Of a stretch of 64,000 nt of DNA, positions 37,284-44,983 are shown piece after piece. Source of the DNA: a virus (Duplodnaviria > Heunggongvirae > Uroviricota > Caudoviricetes); IMG/VR virus record IMGVR_UViG_3300030618_000005, one strand, 5' to 3'. Numbering within the stretch: the stretch's first letter is position 1; each line of letters begins with the position of its first letter. Position numbers and translations under genes: made by a program. Under the pieces are notes generated by a model, which was given only the letters and a program-made list of their open reading frames with translations, did no database searches and was not told the DNA's origin.

Positions 37284-37763
37284 ATGGCACATTTCGTCTT
37301 ACACTTCGATGGGTCTTGCTGGCCCAACCCCGGTGGCACCGCCGCGTGGGGCTTCGTACTCAAAGAGTTCAACCGCGCCGACGCGCTCCCTCGCCTGATC
37401 TTCAAGAACTCAGGCGTAACTGGTACGAATCCAGTGATGAGCAACAACGTCGCTGAGTTCGACGCGCTCTATTACGGCCTCGAATACCTGTCAGCGCATC
37501 TTGAGCAGCGTGTCAAGTCCGGCAGTGTGGAACCAGATACGTTGACAGTGTACGGCGACTCACAGCTCGTTGTCAACATGATGAGCGGCATCTGGAGTCC
37601 GAAGAAGGACAAGCTCTACTACCCATTCTGGCGTAAGGCGTTCAACGCGCACGCCGATCTGGAAGTCCTGAAGGGTCTCTCCATCGACTACACGTGGATT
37701 CCGCGAGAGCAGAATACCGAGTGCGACGATCTGTCCAAAGAACACAATCACGCACCTCTTTGA
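37284..37763 (+). CDS. rnh: ribonuclease H
   Basis: DGSC..NPG, YGDSQLVV, W..R..N..AD motifs. Confidence 0.8.
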   Translation: MAHFVLHFDGSCWPNPGGTAAWGFVLKEFNRADALPRLIFKNSGVTGTNPVMSNNVAEFDALYYGLEYLSAHLEQRVKSGSVEPDTLTVYGDSQLVVNMMSGIWSPKKDKLYYPFWRKAFNAHADLEVLKGLSIDYTWIPREQNTECDDLSKEHNHAPL

Positions 37764-37784
37764 TTCTAAAGGGAATAAAAGGGG

Positions 37785-37813
37785 TTGACAGATAGTCATC
37801 CACATGCTACACT
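37785..37813 (+). promoter_or_regulatory. strong sigma70-like promoter TTGACA-17-TACACT
   Basis: Consensus hexamers; near-identical -10 context to promoter at 38282. Confidence 0.55.
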
Positions 37814-38281
37814 AGTATTTGTTTCAATCGACGGGAGACAACCGTCAAGACAGCATCACGTACGAACAACGCAACAGGGTTCTGCTAACAAGCAGTTTTC
37901 TAGGGAACGGGTGGGTAGTATCCCACATTTCATGATGATTCGCATGATCTTACCGGCATAACGTCCTAGTCTTCACAAGTCCTTACAAACAAAAACCTTA
38001 GCACAGCGCACATCCAGACAGCGTACTAATGACTCAATTCGAAGTTTGAGGGGGTCAAGCAGGGGACTGGGTGTGGTTTTAGGCATGGAATACCAACTGA
38101 TTGTCCACAAAGCTTCATTGGAAATCGCCACAGTGTCTAGTAGAGGTGCAATAGCACAGACCAGATGGTGATAGATGGAGTAAGGACAGGGGATATGCCG
38201 GAGGTGTACCCACTAAAGTCAAGCATTACAACACAGAAGATTTATTCACCTGTAGAATCAATGACTTGAGACACCCACGTA

Positions 38282-38309
38282 TTGACTTTCGAAAAAAGGG
38301 TGCTACACT
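38282..38309 (+). promoter_or_regulatory. sigma70-like promoter TTGACT-16-TACACT
   Basis: Shares gcTACACTgGTATT with 37785 promoter. Confidence 0.55.
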
Positions 38310-38446
38310 GGTATTAGACAGTTGAGGGAAAGAAGCCCTCCAAGAGTCACGAGATAGGCGAGTGGGCCTCCTCCTAGGAGCTGTAAAGCCCTACCCACCG
38401 CCGTTATTTGAAAGCGTATCAAGTACGTGAGGAGCAAGGAGATACA

Positions 38447-38947
38447 ATGCCACAGGCACCCGCAGCAGGAAACACCGTCGCAAGTCTAAGACCAGTACCC
38501 GTCCAGCACGCGATCAAACTTCCCGTTGCTCAACAGACCGTAGCGCAGAAGGTCGAAGCAGAAGTCAAGCACGTCGGTCAGGTAGTCGAGACCGCAGTAC
38601 AGCACGTCATCCACCCTACCGCAGAAGTGGCAAAGGTTGAGACTGAAGCCAAGGCTGATGCAGCCAAGGTCGAAGCTGATGTGAAGACTGAGGCCGTGAA
38701 GGTTGAAGCCGCAGTAGCAGCGCCGGTCACCGCAGTGAAGACTGTTGTCCAGCATGTTGAGGCCGCATCCAAGACTGACCTAGAGGCACTCATTGCCCGC
38801 GTCAAGGCTCTTGAGACCGCCGCAGCAAAGCCGGTTGCAGCCGTCAAGACCGCAGTATCTAGCGTGTCTGCTGACGTTGAAGCTCGTGTTGCTGACATCG
38901 AAGCGAAGATCGCTAATTACAATACTCGTTCTGGGCAGAAAATCTAA
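38447..38947 (+). CDS. Ala/Val/Glu-rich amphipathic-repeat protein
   Basis: AGGAG RBS plus ATG 38447; repeated VEAxVK/AKVEA units. Confidence 0.45.
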   Translation: MPQAPAAGNTVASLRPVPVQHAIKLPVAQQTVAQKVEAEVKHVGQVVETAVQHVIHPTAEVAKVETEAKADAAKVEADVKTEAVKVEAAVAAPVTAVKTVVQHVEAASKTDLEALIARVKALETAAAKPVAAVKTAVSSVSADVEARVADIEAKIANYNTRSGQKI

Positions 38948-38953
38948 GCTCAT

Positions 38954-39077
38954 TTGCGGGTAGCTCAGCGGTAGAGCATTCGGCTGTGCGAGATGTGGAA
39001 CGCCACGCTCCAGTGCAACTCTGGAATCTCGAAAAGTAACCGAACGGTCGCTGGTTCGATCCCAGCCCCGTGAGCCA
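38954..39077 (+). tRNA. atypical tRNA-like gene with 49-nt structured insertion in anticodon arm
   Basis: Canonical acceptor, D-arm, T-arm and encoded CCA; anticodon stem TTCGG/CCGAA encloses a 56-nt three-way junction. Confidence 0.45.
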
Positions 39078-39221
39078 TTTTCTAACACGTCTGTCGGTAC
39101 GCGCTCCGCGCAACCGTCCATCCCCGCCTGCGATGTAAAAATCGGGCACACATTCGCGCTACGGCGCTAACCCCCGGCTTCGCGGTCGCAAGACTCCTCC
39201 GGGGAGACATTAGATTCAAGT

Positions 39222-39296
39222 GGGCGTGTAGCTCAGCGGGAGAGCAACTGCTTTGCAAGCAGAAGGTCAAGGGTTCAATCCCCTTCTTGTCCACCA
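39222..39296 (+). tRNA. tRNA-Ala (UGC)
   Basis: G3:U70, anticodon loop TTTGCAA, canonical D and T arms, encoded CCA. Confidence 0.8.
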
Positions 39297-39346
39297 TATT
39301 AGCGTAGCCGTCGTCCTACGGGACGCCTAATAGAGCTACCATACCG

Positions 39347-39871
39347 GTGAATGCCGGTACCTTTCTAGGGGCCAACAACGCGATGTCGAATCGAGTAAAA
39401 CTCAAAAAGAGCCAGCTCGATTATTTCCGCAAGCTGGCTCGTAAGTCCGACAAAGAGATCATGGCCTACCTCGTTGGTGAGGTGAAAGCCAAAGACTTGA
39501 TTGTCATTGATAGCTTCGAGTACACCAAGGATTACCACACGCAGACAGAGCAGCAGGTCTCGTGGTACGTCACGGAGTATAACAAAGTTAGAGAACGTGC
39601 TGAGGAGCGCGGGAAGAGCGTCATTGGTTACATACACACGCACCCACAATGGGACGCGGTGATGTCTCCGGTTGACTATGAAGGATGTGTGCGCGATATG
39701 CACCCGTTGTGCGGGATCACTTCCGTCAACAAGGGCAAGACGCGGACACGCTTCTGGGTCATGGACAGCTCACTTCCCTGTGATGTGATCTATGTCGAAG
39801 AAAAACGAAGTTCTAAAACGAAACGAAGTGGCCCTGAAGCAGCCGAAGCTGGTCAGGATCAGGGACTATAA
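39347..39871 (+). CDS. JAB/MPN (JAMM) metalloprotease domain protein
   Basis: HTHPQWDAVMSPVD = HxHx7Sx2D; upstream Glu; start may be ATG 39383. Confidence 0.65.
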   Translation: MNAGTFLGANNAMSNRVKLKKSQLDYFRKLARKSDKEIMAYLVGEVKAKDLIVIDSFEYTKDYHTQTEQQVSWYVTEYNKVRERAEERGKSVIGYIHTHPQWDAVMSPVDYEGCVRDMHPLCGITSVNKGKTRTRFWVMDSSLPCDVIYVEEKRSSKTKRSGPEAAEAGQDQGL

Positions 39872-40190
39872 CACTGTTCTGGCGACGATCATCAAGGATG
39901 AGCGCCTGAGCGGTAACCGCCGCCTGCTGGCCGCATTGCTGGGCAAGCACTTCTCAATTGGAAACAAGAACGGCAAAGCAGTGCCGATGACCGAACAAGA
40001 GGCCAAGGACAAGGAATTGCTCTACAGCATCCTGTTGACCCAGTTCGGCAACCCTAAAGTCATTCAATGGTTAGACGCCGAAGACACAGAGACACTTCCG
40101 CCACCTACCAAGATCGAGGCTGAGGCTTCGGAGAATATCCGAACCGTCTTCGAAGCACTGCTTGCCCCTTCTAAAAAGGCCGGTGAATAA
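39792..40190 (+). CDS. hypothetical protein
   Basis: ORF overlapping previous gene end. Confidence 0.4.
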   Translation: MSKKNEVLKRNEVALKQPKLVRIRDYNTVLATIIKDERLSGNRRLLAALLGKHFSIGNKNGKAVPMTEQEAKDKELLYSILLTQFGNPKVIQWLDAEDTETLPPPTKIEAEASENIRTVFEALLAPSKKAGE

Positions 40191-40414
40191 TGCAGCCATT
40201 CAAGGTGCTACCCGAGGACGCGAAGAACTTCGCAAAGGTGTGGACGTACAAGGGACTTCAAATCCCTATGGACGATATTCACATGCAGTTCGCCACCGAC
40301 TACGCCAACGTAGTCCTGAACAGTTTTGTGCAGCAGACGCTACAGGCGTCAGCAGCCAAGCAGAAAGCAGCGGAAGAGGCTAAGGCCAAACCACTGGTAG
40401 CACTGACCGACTAA
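40190..40414 (+). CDS. hypothetical protein
   Basis: ATGA-coupled ORF. Confidence 0.4.
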   Translation: MQPFKVLPEDAKNFAKVWTYKGLQIPMDDIHMQFATDYANVVLNSFVQQTLQASAAKQKAAEEAKAKPLVALTD

Positions 40415-40731
40415 TGAACATCGACGTAACGCAAGTACCGGGTTTGAACGGGGTGACTTATGTGCCGTACCAACAGCCAACCGTCTGCCCCGGATGCGGA
40501 CGATGTAATCACTGCGGACGAGCGTATCCAGAAGTTGCGCCAGCGTATCCGTACTATCCGCAACCTCAAATCACGTGGTCGGCCCAAGGCGGTCAGTCCA
40601 CCCTCGCCCAAGGCGGTCAGTCCACCCTCGCCCAAGGCGGTCAGTCCACCCTCGCAAACACGCAAGCGACTGGCGAAGTGTTTTATCGAAGCAGTCAGCA
40701 ACTTTTACAAGGAGATGTAAAGAGTCAGTAG
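40414..40731 (+). CDS. Cys/Pro/Tyr-rich protein with 3x AQGGQSTL tandem repeat
   Basis: CPGCGRCNHCG; 24-bp x3 tandem repeat. Confidence 0.45.
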   Translation: MNIDVTQVPGLNGVTYVPYQQPTVCPGCGRCNHCGRAYPEVAPAYPYYPQPQITWSAQGGQSTLAQGGQSTLAQGGQSTLANTQATGEVFYRSSQQLLQGDVKSQ

Positions 40732-40922
40732 AAGGTAAGAAGCTTGGAGTAGACCACGATCATTCGTGCTGTCCCGGTAAATTTTCATGTGGCAAGTGTG
40801 TGCGAGGTCTGCTTTGCCACAACTGCAACGCAATGCTGGGAATGGCTAAGGACGAACTGTCAAGATTGAAAAGTGGTGTAGAGTATTTGGAGAGATATGC
40901 TATATCAAAGGCCAACATTTAG
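40575..40922 (+). CDS. endonuclease VII-like (His-Me finger) protein
   Basis: DHDHSCCPG..CGKCVRGLLCHNCNAMLG; only in-frame start is GTG 40575, inside the repeat region of the upstream ORF. Confidence 0.5.
   Translation: MVGPRRSVHPRPRRSVHPRPRRSVHPRKHASDWRSVLSKQSATFTRRCKESVEGKKLGVDHDHSCCPGKFSCGKCVRGLLCHNCNAMLGMAKDELSRLKSGVEYLERYAISKANI
40585..40656 (+). repeat. perfect 24-bp tandem repeat x3 (gcccaaggcggtcagtccaccctc)
   Basis: Read directly. Confidence 0.85.
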
Positions 40923-41039
40923 CTGCCCAGCAGCAGGGTTGAAAACGACTGATAAGAATTGGGATCGTGCTTTCTTGAGCGCGGATGAGTTCCGCCAGAA
41001 GTACGGCGAGACCCCGGACGGCCAGAAGGTTACTACAGC

Positions 41040-41516
41040 ATGATCGCGCTCCTGATACTCGTGCTCATTGTGGGCCTTGTCATCAGGACTCACAAACGCA
41101 ACAGGCACCACCGCGACAGAGAACGAACCGTCGCAATTGAAATACTTTGGAGAACAACCATGTCAGCACCTATTGTGAATACTGTAACCATTGTTGCTAC
41201 AAATGATGTCCTTGCCATCGTGCAGGGAGTTCAGGCAAATGGTGAGACTTCCCTCGGAGTCGTAACTGCTGCCTCTTGGAGCATCGACGACGCTGCGGTC
41301 GCAACGCTGGTAGAGAACACTGACTTCAGTGCTACCGTCACCGCCGTAGCCGTTGGTACCGCCAACATCACCGCAACAGCCACGATCACCGATCCAGATG
41401 GCACCGTGCTCAACCTCGTTGGCACTGGCGTCATCACCGTGACCATCAACGCGAAGGGTGTACGCACCGCCTCCGTTGAGATTCTGTTTACGAGCGCCCC
41501 GAGCATCCCAGCCTAA
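41040..41516 (+). CDS. Ig-like (Big_2-type) domain protein with N-terminal TM
   Basis: N-terminal TM; ITATATITDPDGT Ig-like strand; alternative start ATG 41160. Confidence 0.4.
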   Translation: MIALLILVLIVGLVIRTHKRNRHHRDRERTVAIEILWRTTMSAPIVNTVTIVATNDVLAIVQGVQANGETSLGVVTAASWSIDDAAVATLVENTDFSATVTAVAVGTANITATATITDPDGTVLNLVGTGVITVTINAKGVRTASVEILFTSAPSIPA

Positions 41517-41521
41517 TTCAA

Positions 41522-41598
41522 CTGGGTGTAGCTCAGTCTGGTAGAGCTTCCGATCTGGAATCGGAAGGCCGTTCGTTCGAATCGAACCACCCAGACCA
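41522..41598 (+). tRNA. tRNA-Pro (UGG)
   Basis: Perfect acceptor CTGGGTG/CACCCAG, loop TCTGGAA, T-loop TTCGAAT, encoded CCA. Confidence 0.85.
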
Positions 41599-41651
41599 AA
41601 CTGATAGGCCAGCCGAGAGCCATAGAATCTCGGCACACATTAGATTCAAGT

Positions 41652-41736
41652 GCTCCGTTGGCGGAATTGGCAGACGCGCCGGTCTAAGAAGCCGGTGCCT
41701 TCGGGCGTGTGGGTTATACGCCCTCATGGAGTACCA
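41652..41736 (+). tRNA. class II tRNA-Leu-like gene, apparent anticodon AAG, degenerate T-loop
   Basis: D-arm matches E. coli tRNA-Leu; variable arm GCC-UUCG-GGC; T-loop UUAUACG lacks C56. Confidence 0.45.
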
Positions 41737-41860
41737 TATCAGCCGTGAATACTTCCGGCGCAACACTGTGTACGTGGCTACTCTGGGAACCGTAGCAGCA
41801 GCCTGTGAAGCTGTCTTCTGGTGGATTCGACTTCCACCGTACACCCCATTCGGAGGCTGC

Positions 41861-42361
41861 ATGGAAAACGTCATCGGCAGCTTGTACGTCGGTGACGATT
41901 CCGACTACCTCAAGATCAAAGGCAAGGACGGCTGGTCTGTCCTTCGTTGCTGCAAGGAAGGTCCGGGCGGTCATAGAGACACGCTTGGCTATGAATCTCT
42001 CGGAGCACCCAAAGGGGCGCATTACCTGTCAGTGGATCAACCCGGCAGACGGGCACTGAACTTCATTGACCCCCAAGACCCCCACTTCATTCCCAAAGAA
42101 ATGGTGGAGCGCGGTCTTGAGTTCATCGATAAACGATTGGCGGCAGGCGACAAAGTTCTGGTCGCGTGTAACGCGGGTCACTCCCGTGGCCCAACAACGG
42201 CAATGCTCTACCTACGAGCAATAGGTGAACTAGCAGGTAATTTCATTCACTCCGAGAAAATATACCGTACACTGTACGCCAAGTATGACCCCGGCATCGG
42301 TATGCGGCAGTTTGCGAAGACCCATTGGGACTACTTCGCTGAGAAATTACGAAAGGCATAA
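41861..42361 (+). CDS. dual-specificity protein phosphatase
   Basis: VLVACNAGHSRG (CX5R P-loop); start taken at MENVIGSLYVGDD to avoid tRNA overlap. Confidence 0.65.
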   Translation: MENVIGSLYVGDDSDYLKIKGKDGWSVLRCCKEGPGGHRDTLGYESLGAPKGAHYLSVDQPGRRALNFIDPQDPHFIPKEMVERGLEFIDKRLAAGDKVLVACNAGHSRGPTTAMLYLRAIGELAGNFIHSEKIYRTLYAKYDPGIGMRQFAKTHWDYFAEKLRKA

Positions 42362-42363
42362 CG

Positions 42364-42702
42364 ATGGGTTGGAAGCACGCAGTAGCGCACGATATGGCTG
42401 GCGACGGCGACAAGCCAAAGAAAGAGATCAGTCACGTTGTCTCGCGTAAGAGCGCGACACCGGGACACGTAATCCACGAGCATCACCACACTCACCCCAG
42501 CCATCACCCGATGGAAGAGCACGTCACCAAGGGCGACGACGAGTTGGCAGCTCACTCTATGGCCACTATGGGCACGCCGAACCCCGGCGAGGACACGAGC
42601 GATCCCGGCTCACCAGCTAACGCGGCACCCGCCGCAGGCGCAGCAGCTCCCCCAGCAGCAGGCTCAGGAGCACCCGCAGCATCTCCTATGGCAGGCATGT
42701 AA
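42364..42702 (+). CDS. His-rich hypothetical protein
   Basis: HEHHHTHPSHHP. Confidence 0.4.
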   Translation: MGWKHAVAHDMAGDGDKPKKEISHVVSRKSATPGHVIHEHHHTHPSHHPMEEHVTKGDDELAAHSMATMGTPNPGEDTSDPGSPANAAPAAGAAAPPAAGSGAPAASPMAGM

Positions 42703-42911
42703 TGACAGATCACGAAGAGAAACCTATGCACAACGTCTCGTTGCATCGAGCGTTGTCCCATCTGAACAAGGGCGGCCTGCACCGCGCTCTTGGCGTTCCA
42801 GAGGGCAAGACAATTCCGCACGACAAGTTGGAGAGCGCGAAGAACAGCGACAATCCACATACTCGTAAGATGGCACAATTCGCGGAAACAATGAACGGGT
42901 GGCATCACTAA
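42702..42911 (+). CDS. hypothetical protein
   Basis: Internal duplication LHRAL..GLHRAL. Confidence 0.4.
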   Translation: MTDHEEKPMHNVSLHRALSHLNKGGLHRALGVPEGKTIPHDKLESAKNSDNPHTRKMAQFAETMNGWHH

Positions 42912-42938
42912 TCTGATCCTCCCCATGATTGGAGGATC

Positions 42939-44975
42939 ATGAAGCTTCAGAAACTACGAGACCTAATCGCCTCGTGTAAGACGAACCCGAACTATCAGTT
43001 CCGTGAAACAAGTAACGAAGATATCCTCGCGTTGGCCAAGAAGAGCTTTTCGAAGCTCACTGACGGTCAGCGCGAGAAGGTTTATGCGTCATGGAAACGT
43101 GCGCTAGACATGAACAAGGAGGCGCTGGACGACTCAACCGGTGAGCTATTGCTCATCGCTCGATTCATGGCCCAGACCAACCTGTTCTTCATGTGTCACC
43201 TGTTGGAAACCTACAACAAGGTCACCGTGAATACCCACGAAGAAATTTGCAACAAGTTTTTCGTGCAGAAGAACCCGACTTTCGTAACAGTAGAGAAGTT
43301 TGCCAACCAGTATACTGACCTCAAGGATCGAATGTTGCTAGTCCCACGAGGCGGGTTCAAATCTTCTATCGACATTGCAGACGTGGTTCAGTGGGTGAGT
43401 TGCTACCCCGCGATTACCATTCTGATCCTGACGGGTGTGTTCGACCTCGCCAGTGACTTCCTCGGAGAAGTCAAGAACCACTTCACTCTCATAGAGTCGC
43501 AGAAGCTCGACACCAAGACCGGCAAGCCGGTACTCGTGCCCAAGCTCTTCTTCGACGAAGAGACAGAGGAATGGTCTGAAAGCATGTTCCAAACGTTGTT
43601 CCCTGAGCACTGTGTTCCTCCAGCCTCAGGCACTCAGTTCGAGTATCACTCCCCAGCGCAGGGCGATCAGAAAGAGCCAACCGTGAAGGCCGCGTCCATC
43701 GGACAAGCCCTCGTCGGTAAGCACTTTGACGTGATGAAGCTGGACGACGTTATCACGAACGAGAACAGTCAAACCGTTGACCGTTTGAAGAAAATCGCTA
43801 AGCAGATCAGTATTGATCGAGCCATGCTTCACCCTTACGGATTCATGGACGTAATCGGCACGTGGTACGACGAGAAGGACTACTACGGCGAGAAGATCAA
43901 GCAGCAGGAAACGTTCATCAAGGAAGAGGGTCTGTCGAACCTCATCACTGGCAGCGTTGACTCCGGGCGACTGAACATCGAGTACAAGACCAAGACCTAC
44001 CTTCGAGCCGCAATGTGGCTCACCGATCAAGCGATCAAGGAAGGCAAGACCGACGTAGACGCCAAAGGTCCAGACTATGAACTCTGGTTCCCTGAGCGTC
44101 TGCCTTTTAGCTTTTTGTATGATGAGAGAAAGACGGACCCGGAAGGGTTCGCCATCAAGTACCTCAACAACCCGAGAAAGATCAACCGTATCAAGTTCGA
44201 GCGTGCCCTTCTGATGAAGCGCACTATCCCGCACAACATGCTGCCGCCGCAAGGCGTCGTCGTGACGACAGTAGACACAGCGTATTCAACAAAGTCATGG
44301 GCCGATTACACCGTTATCCTGACCACGCTGATATATGGCGGGCGTTTCTACATCCTCAACATGGTGCGCGGACGATTCAACGAGATCGAGCTGCCTGCGG
44401 TTATCGCCAACACAGCGTACAAATGGAAGCCTAAGCGAATCGCCATCGAAGACTCGGTGGGCGTGAAGTGGATGGGACGCGAACTCCGTCGAGAGATGGA
44501 CAAGCTGCAAATCAGCATTCCGATTGAGTACTGCTCTCTGGGCCTCGGCAAGAAGTCTAACTCGAAACAGATGAAAGCCAAGCCGGTACTCCGACTGCTT
44601 GGCGACGAGCGTATGTTCTTCCTCAACTCCTGCGAAGGGTTGAACGAACTCTACAACGAACTCGAAGCCTTCACGGGCACCAGCGACGACACACACGACG
44701 ACATTATCTCCGCACTATCCCTATTGGTTGAGCAGTTCATCTCTTATGCCGATGTGGGATCGAAAGTGGACATGGTGAACTCGCAGTATGTTGCAGATCA
44801 ACAGAACCACGAACGTCATCAACTCGTACACGGTATTGGCAAGTATGCTCACATGAACATAAAGGCCCAGCTCGTGAATGATGACAACCCGGTGACTGCG
44901 TTCCAGATCGACAACAGCCGTATGTTCCGCGATGAGCCAATGGGCACTGACCCGTTTGCCGATCTATTCAACTAA
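42939..44975 (+). CDS. terL: terminase large subunit
   Basis: N-terminal ATPase block LLVPRGGFKSS; RNaseH-like nuclease block VVTTVDTAYST..HDDIISALSL; RMFRDEP near C-terminus. Confidence 0.85.
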   Translation: MKLQKLRDLIASCKTNPNYQFRETSNEDILALAKKSFSKLTDGQREKVYASWKRALDMNKEALDDSTGELLLIARFMAQTNLFFMCHLLETYNKVTVNTHEEICNKFFVQKNPTFVTVEKFANQYTDLKDRMLLVPRGGFKSSIDIADVVQWVSCYPAITILILTGVFDLASDFLGEVKNHFTLIESQKLDTKTGKPVLVPKLFFDEETEEWSESMFQTLFPEHCVPPASGTQFEYHSPAQGDQKEPTVKAASIGQALVGKHFDVMKLDDVITNENSQTVDRLKKIAKQISIDRAMLHPYGFMDVIGTWYDEKDYYGEKIKQQETFIKEEGLSNLITGSVDSGRLNIEYKTKTYLRAAMWLTDQAIKEGKTDVDAKGPDYELWFPERLPFSFLYDERKTDPEGFAIKYLNNPRKINRIKFERALLMKRTIPHNMLPPQGVVVTTVDTAYSTKSWADYTVILTTLIYGGRFYILNMVRGRFNEIELPAVIANTAYKWKPKRIAIEDSVGVKWMGRELRREMDKLQISIPIEYCSLGLGKKSNSKQMKAKPVLRLLGDERMFFLNSCEGLNELYNELEAFTGTSDDTHDDIISALSLLVEQFISYADVGSKVDMVNSQYVADQQNHERHQLVHGIGKYAHMNIKAQLVNDDNPVTAFQIDNSRMFRDEPMGTDPFADLFN

Positions 44976-44983
44976 GGAGAAAC

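Noticed and set aside
40575-40731. Programmed -1 frameshift joining the Cys-rich ORF to the EndoVII core
   Set aside because: No X XXY YYZ slippery heptamer or homopolymer run in the overlap; kept only as a low-probability alternative.
40905-41111. 68-aa minus-strand ORF
   Set aside because: Antisense between plus-strand genes; a 48-aa plus-strand ORF (about 40897..41042) fits better but is below reporting confidence.
43626-44252. 208-aa minus-strand ORF inside terL (also 45341..46240 inside portal)
   Set aside because: Antisense to strongly supported structural genes.
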